DNA from: an uncultured Rhodospirillaceae bacterium
Lineage (GTDB): Bacteria > Pseudomonadota > Alphaproteobacteria > Micavibrionales > UBA2020
Assembly (NCBI GenBank): GCA_964476835.1
Contig: CAYZCE010000002.1
Location: 100,652 to 164,651 of the forward strand
Direction: 5' to 3'
DNA: 64,000 nucleotides
The notes below the pieces were generated by a model, which saw only the letters and a list, made by a program, of their open reading frames with translations, was not told the origin of the DNA and ran no database searches. Positions 40,501 to 48,725 of this stretch are shown here, piece after piece. A program made the position numbers and the translations under genes. How positions within the stretch are numbered: the first letter of the stretch is position 1; each line of letters opens with the position of its first letter.

Positions 40501-40755
40501 ATGCGACGTGATGGAGCCTACCGTGACGGTATCCACGAAGACGCCCTGCGTGCCGCCGGAGATGTCGCCGCTCTTCTTGACGATCAGGTTATTGCCCGCG
40601 CCCAGCAAGACCGGTCCCGTCACCGTGGCGCTCACCGTCGTATCCGCGGCTTGCGCGGCAGGCATCAAGGCCAGGAGGCCGATGACGGCGGTGGTGGAAA
40701 CCAGGATCTTCTTGGAGGACATCGACAACATGTAAAGAGCGCTCCTTTTTTTCAT
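37510..40755 (-). CDS. Autotransporter (type Va) with a long Gly/Thr/Asn-rich beta-helical passenger and a C-terminal beta-barrel (1081 aa)
   Basis: Signal peptide ...LLALMPAAQA. Dozens of degenerate G-x-I-x-G/N-x-G-T-I repeats. The C-terminal barrel ends ...AHAGVIRVTGNF (terminal Phe). Confidence 0.85.
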   Translation of the reverse strand: MKKRSALYMLSMSSKKILVSTTAVIGLLALMPAAQAADTTVSATVTGPVLLGAGNNLIVKKSGDISGGTQGVFVDTVTVGSITSHGSIAGTTYGIESGTGIINGGISNTGSVTGATAGISLTNASTLAGGISNGGTVTATAGSGIEVTNGSDLTGGLSNTDAITGTTAGLIVTNGSTFTGDVNNKGTITATAGSAVITNNSGYIDGDFINSGTLSGSATGLYLTSPSGGTSIKGMIYNSGTIGGTADNGIRMGENGNVRDGLTNTKKGTIEGGVTGLLITNTSTLGGPLENAGQIIGGTGDGVQVSAGSTITGNIHNSGAIEGGTNGLNLTSVGAPIAGDIINEGSISGGNGSGIVLASGSSLAAGHGLVNAKGASIFGGLSGLSMAFGGTIDSLENDGTMSGDLHSIDLHAGGTVTNDLTNNGLLDGQVSIGTGGVIGGNLINNGRIVSAGDTALLVDGAAIGDGSADGIVNNGTIAGVVGLAVNAAAPVVIFNNAGGSITGTDGTAVSFTGLTDTARLVLNGGAVTGDIVDDDPTQNYSTVEVAKNFSAGGDIDVGTIEIDAGISFDTHGHDAAAFVFTNDGTAKIGAGDTLTAATVTGSLTNTFTFGVSGAAAGALVTAGALDLTDTTLTVAVGSTAPTDGAQFKIVDAASITGGPGATPTAIQDNSYLWDFTYFNGTVAAAPTDASDLFIEVAQAHTVADTASNRNNAAAGDVLMGLSTNDANLQAAQAAVNGAGTAAGVNAALASVLPDTGEGILTGITDVANSTFQLINAHAPVMMADAGASGLSAGSGSHGQRAWVQGFGQYAKQDARSDGGGATDGYRARTYGAVIGADNSGRSADGYAGFALSYGNTDVDAKNVNQTSSTIDSYQASLYGEMDFDAATYLRGLVAYSYNDISTTRRNVGAPGVSAYGDTHANQYWARAEAGRAYKTDAAFGAVLTPAVIADYMHYAPAGYTETGAGGAGLTVRGESLDKAELGATATARWDIKSDGTLWQPSVHAGYRYDLIGDRMQTTAGFTGGGASFAVEGASPARGTVNAGVGLSYLDAADLTVSAAYDYERKEDFSAHAGVIRVTGNF

Positions 40756-40891
40756 CGCGACAAACTCCCGGCAGTCTAGCAGGAAGCCGGCGGGCATTGT
40801 CAATCAAACGCGATGCAGCAACGCCTTTTGATGGTTGCTGACGGCTTGCTTACGGGGAAATACGTCAAAGATTTTCTATATCGAAAAACCC

Positions 40892-42592
40892 TTAGCCGCT
40901 GTTCGCCACGCGGCGGATGACGCCGTTGAGCTGGTCGACGTCCTGCGCGGCTTTTTGCATGGTGTTGGAAATGTCCTTGGTCACCACGCTCTGCTCCTCG
41001 ATCGCCGAGGCGACGGCGTTGACGGACATGCTGACGGAATCGGTCGCCTGCTTGATGGAGAGCGATGCTTCCGCCGCCTGCGTCGACATCTGCTGCAGGA
41101 TGGTGATCTTGGCGGAGATGTCTTCCGTCGCCTTGCTGACCTGGTTGGCGAGGTTCTTGACTTCCGACGCCACGACGGCGAAGCCCTTGCCTGCCTCGCC
41201 CGCACGCGCCGCCTCGATGGTGGCGTTGAGCGCGAGCAGGTTGACCTGCCCCGCGATGTCGTCGACCAGATGCACGACCGACTGCATGGAGACCGTGGTG
41301 CTGCGCAGCGAATCCATCAGGTCGTTGGCGACCTTGATCTTCTGCGCGATGTCGCTGACCGACGTGTTGGAGTTCTGCATGTTGTGGCCGATCTCGCCGA
41401 TGGCCGCGGTCAGTTCTTCCGCCGCGGCGGCGATGGAGGAGACGCTTTCGCGCATGCCTTCGGTCAGCCGCGCCGATTCCACGCGCGCCGACATCTGCGA
41501 GGTGATGTCGGTCGCGTACTTGACGACCTTGAACGGCTTGCCGTTCATGTCGAGGATGGGGTTGTAGGAGGCGACGATCCACACCTCGCGCCCGCCCTTG
41601 GCCATGCGCCTGAATTCGCCGGCCTGGAACAGCCCCTTGTTCAGCTTCGCCCAGAATTCCTTGTATTCCGCACTGCGCGCGTATTCTTCATCCGCAAAGA
41701 GGCTGTGATGGCGCCCTTGAATCTCCCCGAGGCTGTAGCCGAGGGTGTTGAGGAAGTTCTGGTTCGCATCGATGATGGTGCCGTCGAGGTTGAAGTGGAT
41801 CACGGCCTGCGATTTGCCGATCGCGTCGATCTGGCCTTCGTAGTCGGCGTTCTTGAGCTTCTGGCCGGTGATATCGGTTGCGTACTTGACGACCTTGAAG
41901 GGCTTGCCGTTCATGTCGAAGATGGGGTTGTAGGACGCGAGGATCCACACTTCCTTGCCGTTCTTGCCCTGGCGCTTGTACTCGCCGGCCTGGAACTGCC
42001 CCTTGTTGAGGTTTGTCCAGAATTCCTTGTACGCGGCGCTCTGCGCGTAATCGGGCGCGGCGAACATGCTGTGATGCTGCCCCTGGATTTCCTCGAGGCT
42101 GTAGCCCATGACGTCGAGGAAGTTGAGGTTGGCGTTGATGACGGTGCCGTCGAGGTTGAAGTGGATGACGGCCTGCGAGCGGCCGATCGCGTCGATCTGG
42201 CCTTCGTGGTCGGCGGTCTTCAATTTCTGGTCGGTGATGTCGGTCGCGTACTTGACGACGAAGGCGACCTTGCCCGTACTGTCGATCACGGGATTGTAGG
42301 AAGCCTCGATCCACACTTCCTTGCCGCCTTTGGCGAAGCGCTTGTATTGCGCGACGCTGTGCTGGCCCTTGCGCAGGCTTGCCCAGAAGCCCTGATACTC
42401 CGGCGATCCCGCATAGCCCGGATCGACGAAAGTCGAATGGTGGCGGCCCTTGATCTCGTCGAGCGCGTACCCCATCACCGAAAGGAAGTTCTTGTTCGCG
42501 TCGATGATCTTGCCTTCCGGCGTGAAGCGGATGACGGCGTGCGACTTGTCGAGCGCGTGAAGTTCCGACGTGCTGTCGTTCTTGAAAAACAT
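40892..42592 (-). CDS. Soluble methyl-accepting chemotaxis protein with three tandem PAS domains (566 aa)
   Basis: Three ~122-aa PAS units (...[20 protein letters not shown].......EFW..L.KG....[32 protein letters not shown]), then the MCP signalling domain ([31 protein letters not shown]). There is no TM segment. Confidence 0.85.
   Translation of the reverse strand: MFFKNDSTSELHALDKSHAVIRFTPEGKIIDANKNFLSVMGYALDEIKGRHHSTFVDPGYAGSPEYQGFWASLRKGQHSVAQYKRFAKGGKEVWIEASYNPVIDSTGKVAFVVKYATDITDQKLKTADHEGQIDAIGRSQAVIHFNLDGTVINANLNFLDVMGYSLEEIQGQHHSMFAAPDYAQSAAYKEFWTNLNKGQFQAGEYKRQGKNGKEVWILASYNPIFDMNGKPFKVVKYATDITGQKLKNADYEGQIDAIGKSQAVIHFNLDGTIIDANQNFLNTLGYSLGEIQGRHHSLFADEEYARSAEYKEFWAKLNKGLFQAGEFRRMAKGGREVWIVASYNPILDMNGKPFKVVKYATDITSQMSARVESARLTEGMRESVSSIAAAAEELTAAIGEIGHNMQNSNTSVSDIAQKIKVANDLMDSLRSTTVSMQSVVHLVDDIAGQVNLLALNATIEAARAGEAGKGFAVVASEVKNLANQVSKATEDISAKITILQQMSTQAAEASLSIKQATDSVSMSVNAVASAIEEQSVVTKDISNTMQKAAQDVDQLNGVIRRVANSG
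41500..42592 (-). repeat. Three in-frame ~366-bp tandem units (the PAS-coding repeats) inside the MCP gene
   Basis: The string GGTGAT(G/A)TCGGT(C/T)GCGTACTTGACGAC recurs near 41501, 41866 and 42231, which gives a period of about 366 bp. Confidence 0.7.
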
Positions 42593-42712
42593 CTCGATTT
42601 TCTCCCCCTTGAAAAAAACAAACCAACCCGCATCAAGTCTGTCAGAACGGATGCGGACGTCAATTCGTTTTTTGCCGTACGCATGTGTGCGGACACACGA
42701 TCGCACTCACGC

Positions 42713-42753
42713 AAAAAAAAAAAGAGCCGTCCGGCTCATGGTCCGGACGGCTC
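42713..42753 (-). terminator. Intrinsic terminator of the PRC-barrel gene
   Basis: The minus strand reads GAGCCGTCCGG-ACCATGA-CCGGACGGCTC followed by T11. Confidence 0.85.
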
Positions 42754-42771
42754 AGTCGTCGTGGGGAACGC

Positions 42772-43527
42772 TCATTTCTTGTCGACAGATTTCTTGAACT
42801 GCTTGAACAGCGCGGATTGGTGCGCGGTCAGCTTGAAGTCGACATCGTCGCCGTCCTTCACGGTCTCGACGTCGTCATAGTCGACGGCCGCATAGTCGCC
42901 GCCCATGCCGAGCTTCTTATTGAAGCCGATGATGAGGCGCGTCGCTTCGTCGCTGCGGAAGTAGATGTTCTCGACGGAAGCGACCTTGTCGTTGTCGCTG
43001 TCAACCACGTCCGACTTCAGGAGCTCCTTGACGCTCAGACTGCCCGACGGGATGACGGCGGCCTTCTTCCAGTCCTTCTGGTCGTAGGAGAAGTCGGCAG
43101 CGTGGTCGACCATGTATTCGGAGAGGCGCATGACGACCGTGCCGTCGGCCTCCTGCTTCACGACGTCATTATAGTCGAAAGCGGCCACTTTCTTGCCGAT
43201 GCCGAGGAATCCGCCGTCGGAGACGACGACGAGGATCGCCGTGCCGTCGCTGTCGACGATGATGTCTTTCAGTTTTGCGACCTTATGGCCGGCAGTATTG
43301 ACGACCGTCTGGCCGATCAGGCCTTCGGCCGTGCTGTTGCGCTTGATCAGCACAGGCTCCAGCGTCTTTTCGCCGAGGAAGAAAGCCTTGATGTCGCGCA
43401 TCACGTGCACCTTATGCGCAGGCGCGTTGCCCGTGCCGGAAACGGCCTTTAACGATTGGTTCGCGAGCGCGGGGCTGGTGATCAGGATCGTCAGGGCGAC
43501 GACAGCCGTCATTGTTTGCATCTTCAT
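42772..43527 (-). CDS. Secreted protein with two PRC-barrel-like domains (251 aa)
   Basis: Signal peptide ...ILITSPALA. Two units of the pattern L.G..V.....KV..L.D(I/V)...D....L.(V/I) (LIGQTVVNTAGHKVAKLKDIIVD; LLKSDVVDSDNDKVASVENIYF). AAGGAG SD 7 nt before ATG 43527. Confidence 0.6.
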   Translation of the reverse strand: MKMQTMTAVVALTILITSPALANQSLKAVSGTGNAPAHKVHVMRDIKAFFLGEKTLEPVLIKRNSTAEGLIGQTVVNTAGHKVAKLKDIIVDSDGTAILVVVSDGGFLGIGKKVAAFDYNDVVKQEADGTVVMRLSEYMVDHAADFSYDQKDWKKAAVIPSGSLSVKELLKSDVVDSDNDKVASVENIYFRSDEATRLIIGFNKKLGMGGDYAAVDYDDVETVKDGDDVDFKLTAHQSALFKQFKKSVDKK

Positions 43528-43665
43528 TGTCATTCTCCTTTTTTTGCGGGGTTTTCATCAGAACTCTCCGCTACAAACACCCGGGCGCGGAAATGCGTTC
43601 CATGCGGAACCATCATGCCCGCCGGGCGTTCGCTTGATGAAGCCACACAACAAAGGAGAATCGTC

Positions 43666-43833
43666 ATGAGCCCGCAACAACCGACTTATAATCCCGACAA
43701 GCCCAATCCGGATATCAAGACGAATCCGGACCGTAAGGTGGATCCCGCCCAACAGCCCGACGACCCGGACAATCAGGAAGAACCTGGCACGCCCGACGAG
43801 GACACGGGCGACGCCGAAACGGACGCGGAATAA
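43666..43833 (+). CDS. Small acidic, Pro-rich, probably disordered protein (55 aa)
   Basis: AAGGAG SD 7 nt upstream and its own terminator downstream. The sequence is MSPQQPTYNPDKPNPDIKTNPDRKVDP... with three NPD-x-K units and an acidic tail. Confidence 0.55.
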   Translation: MSPQQPTYNPDKPNPDIKTNPDRKVDPAQQPDDPDNQEEPGTPDEDTGDAETDAE

Positions 43834-43857
43834 CCGCTATTATATAGCGGCTTATGG

Positions 43858-43891
43858 AAGAATGGGCCCTTCACGGGGTCCATTCTTTTTT
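43858..43891 (+). terminator. Intrinsic terminator after the 55-aa gene
   Basis: AAGAATGGGCCC-TTCAC-GGGGTCCATTCTTTTTT. It is preceded by a second small hairpin, CCGCTAT-TAT-ATAGCGG (43834-43850). Confidence 0.7.
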
Positions 43892-43964
43892 ATGCGCGGA
43901 ACCGCCCGCCGCCCCGGGCGTTGGTTGTAAAGAGTTCCCATTTCAAGCAAACAGGAGGCCCGTC

Positions 43965-44507
43965 ATGAAGTACCTGATCGCCGTTCTGGCGTTTTTCGCC
44001 TTTCTCGCGCAGGCGCACGCCATAACGCCGGAAGAACAGAAATCCGAGATCCAGAACATGGCCGCGAGCGCGCTCGAGAAGCTTTACGCCGCGCAGCCCG
44101 GCACCAAAGAAAAGGTCGCCGACGCCGTCGGCTATGCGGTTTTTTCCAGCCCCGACGGCCACGGCATCGCCCGCAACAATCGCAGCAAGCAGGAAACCTA
44201 TATGTGGATGAATTCCTTCTTCGGCGTGAAGGCCGAGGACGTCAAGGTCATCCTCGTCTTCCGCGAGCCCGGCGCGTACCGCAACTTCGTGCGCACGGGG
44301 CTTGACCTCACAGGACAAGTCGACGACCCCGCGCCCAACGGCACGCAGGACGTCGTGATGGGCGTCACGGCCTACCAGCTGACGCAAAGCGGCCTCATCA
44401 AGCCCGCCTTGCTGAAAGGCACGCGCTATACGCGCGACGAGGGCCTCAGCCCGTCCAAGCCCGTGGCCGGCGCCAAAGTCATCTCGCGAAGCGGTCGATA
44501 TAATTGA
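43965..44507 (+). CDS. Hypothetical secreted protein (180 aa)
   Basis: AGGAGG SD and signal peptide MKYLIAVLAFFAFLAQAHA. The resemblance to SYLF/Ysc84-type lipid-binding domains is weak, so the family is not called. Confidence 0.5.
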   Translation: MKYLIAVLAFFAFLAQAHAITPEEQKSEIQNMAASALEKLYAAQPGTKEKVADAVGYAVFSSPDGHGIARNNRSKQETYMWMNSFFGVKAEDVKVILVFREPGAYRNFVRTGLDLTGQVDDPAPNGTQDVVMGVTAYQLTQSGLIKPALLKGTRYTRDEGLSPSKPVAGAKVISRSGRYN

Positions 44508-44540
44508 CCACGAGAGTAACGCGCATTAGACTGTCTGCCG

Positions 44541-45122
44541 ATGACAGAAGCAGACGTTGAAACCTTCGCGCAGTACATTCGGCAGGCCAATTTCCGGCCG
44601 AGGGAACATATGGATGTCCTCGCCGCCGACGATGTCATGCCGGTACTGACCGCCGATTGGGCCTGCTACACAAAAAGCGCGGACCGTGCCGACTTCAACA
44701 GGCTCGCGAGCATCCTTGCCGCATACCCCCGAGGATTCCACGTCTATACGCTGCCTCTAGAAGACGGCACGCTGGCGCCTGTCGGCTATACGGGACAGTA
44801 TCCGATCAGCGAAAGCGCCTTCCACATGTTACACGACCGGCCGCATGAGATCACGAGCCGGGGCTTCATGTTACCCGAGGCGGGATCGCCCTATATCTAC
44901 CTGTTCAACTACAGCATCATCCCTTCGTTGCGCGGCACGGCCTTCAGCCGGCAACTGGTCAAGAATTATGCCGCTGAAATCGCGCGGCTGGACGCGAAAG
45001 GCCTGGCAGCCGTCACCGTTTCAGAGGACGGCGCGCGCGTGGCGCAGAAGTTCGGGCTGTCATATCGCGGCGACATGACGCACGACGGCGTCAAAGAAGG
45101 CGTTTACGCTGCGTATTTATAA
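44541..45122 (+). CDS. Hypothetical protein with a GNAT-like C-terminal half (193 aa)
   Basis: IYLFNYSIIPSLRGTAFSRQLV...GLAAVTVSEDGARVAQKFGL resembles GNAT motif A/B. The RBS is weak. Confidence 0.45.
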   Translation: MTEADVETFAQYIRQANFRPREHMDVLAADDVMPVLTADWACYTKSADRADFNRLASILAAYPRGFHVYTLPLEDGTLAPVGYTGQYPISESAFHMLHDRPHEITSRGFMLPEAGSPYIYLFNYSIIPSLRGTAFSRQLVKNYAAEIARLDAKGLAAVTVSEDGARVAQKFGLSYRGDMTHDGVKEGVYAAYL

Positions 45123-46280
45123 CTCATCCCAATCATAGGCGAGCACCGAGGCAAGATCCGGCCTGTCGGTCAGCAGCATGACGAGACGGTCGAAGCCCAT
45201 CGCCATGCCCGCGCCCGACGGGAACCCTTCGCGCATCGCGGCGAGATAGGCGGCATCGGTCTCGACCTCATCCTTGCCAATATGGCGGCGGCGTGCGTTC
45301 TGGAGCTTGAACGTCTCCTCCTGCCGCACCGCGTCGGTGAGCGAGGGAAAGCCGTCGCTCAGCTCGATCCCGGCGATGAAGAGTTCGCTGCGCTCGACGA
45401 AACGGCCTTGCGCGTCTTCGCGCGCCGACGACGTCTGGAAGCGCGGCCATTCGCGGATGAAGACGGGCTTGCCGAAACCGAGGCTTTCCTGCAGCCAGTC
45501 CATCAGCAAGCTGAAGAGATGCGGCGCGTCCGTGTCGTCAATCCCGCTCGACTGGATGCCGGCGGCGCGGATCGCCTTGAGGAACGAAGGCGCGGTGAAA
45601 TCGTCGAGCATCACGCCGGTCGCGCGGCGTACGGCTTCGCCCACCGTCAGACGGTCGAAGGGCGCTGACAGGTCGACGGCATGCCCTTGGTAGGTGAGCG
45701 AACCCGCGCCGTGTGCGCGGCGGATCATCTCTTCCATGTCATGCTCGATATCTTCCAGCGTGCCGCCAACGCGCGCCCATTCCAGCATGGTGAATTCGGG
45801 GTTGCGGTAGCGCCCGGTATCGCCGGCGCGGAAATTCTGCGTCAGCGTATAGCAGCGGTCGAAGCCGCCGATTTCCATGCGCTTGATCTGGTACTCGGTC
45901 GAGGTGACGAGATAGCGGTCGCCGACGCGGAACGAGTCGATCTCCGCGTCCGGCGTGGCGCCGCGCACCAGCAGCGGCATGTCGATCTCGATGAAATCCT
46001 CTCCGTGCAGGTAATCACGCACGGCACGCTTGATCTCGTGACGGCGGCGCAGCGCATCGAAGCGCGTGCGGCCCTGTGCGTCCGGATTACGCCAGCGCAA
46101 GACGTCGCCGCCGAGGCCGCCCGTGCAGAGCTTACGCCCGGCCGCGCCGTCGCGCATCTCGTAAACGTCGCCCGACGCGGGCAGGTCGCCCGTCCATTCC
46201 AGCGTGTGATATTGCGCGGCCGAAAGCAGCGTCACCTTGCGTCCGTTGACGTCCACCACGCGACCGGTCGATTGTTTCAT
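45117..46280 (-). CDS. EpmA/GenX/PoxA-family class-II lysyl-tRNA-synthetase paralogue with an extra ~75-aa N-terminal domain (387 aa)
   Basis: Class-II motifs FIEIDMPLLV, FRAGDTGRYRNPEFTMLEW and GAGMAMGFDRLVMLL. ERSELFIAGIELSDGF..LTD parallels E. coli EpmA [26 protein letters not shown] SD, and the ATG overlaps the upstream HDAC stop (ATGA). Confidence 0.75.
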   Translation of the reverse strand: MKQSTGRVVDVNGRKVTLLSAAQYHTLEWTGDLPASGDVYEMRDGAAGRKLCTGGLGGDVLRWRNPDAQGRTRFDALRRRHEIKRAVRDYLHGEDFIEIDMPLLVRGATPDAEIDSFRVGDRYLVTSTEYQIKRMEIGGFDRCYTLTQNFRAGDTGRYRNPEFTMLEWARVGGTLEDIEHDMEEMIRRAHGAGSLTYQGHAVDLSAPFDRLTVGEAVRRATGVMLDDFTAPSFLKAIRAAGIQSSGIDDTDAPHLFSLLMDWLQESLGFGKPVFIREWPRFQTSSAREDAQGRFVERSELFIAGIELSDGFPSLTDAVRQEETFKLQNARRRHIGKDEVETDAAYLAAMREGFPSGAGMAMGFDRLVMLLTDRPDLASVLAYDWDEL

Positions 46281-47200
46281 GGTTGGCTCCTGTTCATCAT
46301 ACGTTCGAGGCAAGCGACGACGGATTCCGCCAACGCCGCCGTATTATACCCGCCTTCCAGCACTGCGACCAGCTTGCCGCCGCAATGGCGGTCGGCGATG
46401 TCGAGGATCATGTCCATCAGCGCGGCGTAGTCTTGCGTCGTCCAGCCGAGTGCGCCGAGAGGGTCTTTTTCATGCGCGTCGAAACCGGCGGAAACAATCA
46501 CCAGTTCCGGCGCGAAGGCGTCGAGGCGCGGCATGACGATGTCAGCCATTGCCGTGCGCGCCGCAACCCCGCCGCTGCCCCCCGCCAGCGGCACGTTGAC
46601 GATATTGGCGTGCGCGCCGCGTTCTTCCGCCACCCCGGTAAAGGGATAAAGCGGCGACTGGTGCAGCGAGGCGAAGAAGATCCCCGCCTCGTTCCACGCG
46701 ATATCCTGCGTGCCGTCGCCGTGGTGCACGTCGAAATCGACGATGGCAACACGCGACAGTCCCGTGCGCTTCAATGCGGCCAATGCGCCGATCGCCGCAT
46801 TGTTGAACAGGCAGAAGCCGCCCGCCTTCGCGCGATGGGCGTGGTGGCCCGGCGGGCGCACCGCGCAAAAGGCGTTCGCCGCGCGCCCCGCCAGCACGTC
46901 GTCGACCGCCGTCAGTACCGCGCCCGCAGCGTCGAGCGCAGCGTCGCGGGAACCGGGCGAGACGAGCGTGTCGTCATCGACGAAATTGAATCCGGCGTCG
47001 GGGATCAGGCTGCAAATCGCGTCAACATGCGTGGGATCGTGAGCGAGGAGAAGGTCGTCGCGCGTCGCGCGCACCGTTTCCGCCCGCTGCACGCCGGACG
47101 GCAGGCTGCGCAGGACCGCCGCGAGCCGTTCGGGCGATTCCGGGTGCCCGTCGTTCGTCCGGTGGCCGGCACAAGCGGGCGGAGAAAAGAAAAAGGTCAT
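46277..47200 (-). CDS. Histone-deacetylase-family (arginase fold) Zn amidohydrolase (307 aa)
   Basis: HPE.PERL, RPPGHHA, DFDVHHGDGTQ, SAGFDAH..DPLG. Confidence 0.85.
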   Translation of the reverse strand: MTFFFSPPACAGHRTNDGHPESPERLAAVLRSLPSGVQRAETVRATRDDLLLAHDPTHVDAICSLIPDAGFNFVDDDTLVSPGSRDAALDAAGAVLTAVDDVLAGRAANAFCAVRPPGHHAHRAKAGGFCLFNNAAIGALAALKRTGLSRVAIVDFDVHHGDGTQDIAWNEAGIFFASLHQSPLYPFTGVAEERGAHANIVNVPLAGGSGGVAARTAMADIVMPRLDAFAPELVIVSAGFDAHEKDPLGALGWTTQDYAALMDMILDIADRHCGGKLVAVLEGGYNTAALAESVVACLERMMNRSQP

Positions 47201-47245
47201 GCCATTACCATACTAGAAGCCGCGCGTCGCGGCAACAGGCGGCCG

Positions 47246-48535
47246 CTACTCCCAGAACTCTTCCCTGTCGGGGATGCGCGTGAAGGCGATCTTGGTGCCG
47301 CTGAAGGCGCGGCCTTGCTGCGCCGTCATGCCGAGGAGGACAGTGTCCTTGCCGTATTTGCGGTTCAGCTGGTCGATGGCGGCCGAGATCTTCTCGTTGC
47401 GCGCACGCTGGCGGTTTTCGGCAGCGGGCTTGAGCGCGTCGAAGAGGTCTGGCTGCACGTTCGCGCGCTGCGTCTCGACAAGATGGTGCAGCACGATATT
47501 GACCTTCTTGATGCGCGCAGCCCCGCTTTCCCGCACCAGTTCGCGCCACGCGGCGTCGAGCATCTCCATGAAAGTGAAGCTGTCCTGCGACGGCGTGCAG
47601 CGCGCCTCGAGGCCGAGGCGCGGGCCGTTCTCCAGCCTGTACGACAGCGAGAAACCGCCCGCATAATATTCCATGCGGCGCAGGCGCGCGGCGGCTTTCA
47701 TGGTCAGGCGGCGGGCGATGTCGTAGGCGGCCTGCGGCGGCCGCATCTCGGGCGCCAGCACGTGGCTGTGGCCGACGCTGCCGCGTTCGGTCTCCTGATC
47801 CGGCAGGTCGTAGCCGCGCAGATAGTACCACATCTTCTCGCCCCAGATGCTGCCCCATATGGCGCGCAGGTGCTTGGGGCTGAGCGCCAGAAGGCCTTGC
47901 ATGTCGCGGATTCCCGCGCGGTTCAGGCGTTGCTCCATGTTTGGGCCGATGCCCGGCAGGTCGCGCAGCTTCAATGCCATCAGCCGCGTAGATACGTCAT
48001 CGGGCATAAGGACGGTGAAACCGTCCGGCTTCTGCATGTCGGTCGCGACCTTGGCGAGATACTTGCTCGTCGCCACGCCGATCGAGCAGCGCACATAGGC
48101 GCCGATGTTCGCCGCGATCCCCGCCTTGATCGCGCGGGCGATTTCCGCCGTGCGCGCAGCCGTCATCTCGTTCTTCATCAGCTTGCACGCCATCTCGTCG
48201 ATCGAGCAGACGCGCGTCACGGGGATATGGCGGTCGATCTCGTCGAGGATGCGCTCGTGGAATTCAACATAGTGGTCGTGACGCCCCAGCACGCAGACAA
48301 GGTCCGGGCACAGCTTCTTCGCCTCCCACACCGGCGTGCCGGTGCGGATGCCGAAAGCCTTCGCTTCGTAACTCGCGGCGATGGCGCAGGTCGACTCCGT
48401 CTCGACCGGGATGACCGCGACCGGCCGGCCGCGCAGGCGCGGATCGAGTTGCTGCTCCACGCTCGCAAAGTACGAGTTGAAGTCGATATAGAGCCACTGC
48501 AAATGCCGCGGCAACGGTAAAGAGGCAAAAGTCAT
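47246..48535 (-). CDS. Y-family DNA polymerase (DinB/ImpB-type), 429 aa
   Basis: WLYIDFNSYFASVEQ, SIDEMAC and the LRDLPGIGP helix-hairpin-helix motif. Confidence 0.85.
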   Translation of the reverse strand: MTFASLPLPRHLQWLYIDFNSYFASVEQQLDPRLRGRPVAVIPVETESTCAIAASYEAKAFGIRTGTPVWEAKKLCPDLVCVLGRHDHYVEFHERILDEIDRHIPVTRVCSIDEMACKLMKNEMTAARTAEIARAIKAGIAANIGAYVRCSIGVATSKYLAKVATDMQKPDGFTVLMPDDVSTRLMALKLRDLPGIGPNMEQRLNRAGIRDMQGLLALSPKHLRAIWGSIWGEKMWYYLRGYDLPDQETERGSVGHSHVLAPEMRPPQAAYDIARRLTMKAAARLRRMEYYAGGFSLSYRLENGPRLGLEARCTPSQDSFTFMEMLDAAWRELVRESGAARIKKVNIVLHHLVETQRANVQPDLFDALKPAAENRQRARNEKISAAIDQLNRKYGKDTVLLGMTAQQGRAFSGTKIAFTRIPDREEFWE

Positions 48536-48554
48536 GGGAATCGGATCCCTGTTT

Positions 48555-48569
48555 GTTCCTATTTTGTTC
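48555..48569. promoter_or_regulatory. Alphaproteobacterial LexA (SOS) box GTTC-N7-GTTC, 20-34 nt upstream of the Y-family polymerase start
   Basis: GTTCctattttGTTC is read directly (GAAC-N7-GAAC in gene orientation). It matches the direct-repeat SOS box described for alphaproteobacteria. Confidence 0.7.
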
Positions 48570-48725
48570 TAGATAAGGACAAGAGTCAAGCACGTCAGGA
48601 TGGCCCCGGCGACGGCTATTGACGCCGCCGGCTTTCCTCCATACAATCCTCGATTGCATGATGAGTATTTCACAACTTTAAGTGGATAGCCGTCACGGCA
48701 AAAAAGGGGAATGGGGGTTCTCTCA

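Noticed and set aside
37747-40779. A 1010-aa + strand ORF lies opposite the autotransporter. Similar long antisense ORFs occur elsewhere (1718-3250 -, 5073-6533 +, 14693-16525 -, 22088-23902 -, 24596-26461 -, 40835-42880 +, 50430-52709 -).
   Set aside because: These are typical stop-poor shadow frames of a GC-rich genome. Their translations are Arg/Ala/Gly/Asp-rich low-complexity strings with no recognisable motifs. In every case the opposite strand encodes a protein with clear family signatures.
46283-48520. A 745-aa + strand ORF spans the region opposite the HDAC and Y-family polymerase genes.
   Set aside because: It crosses an intergenic spacer of the real minus-strand genes, has Arg/Ala-rich composition and carries no motifs. 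It is a shadow ORF.
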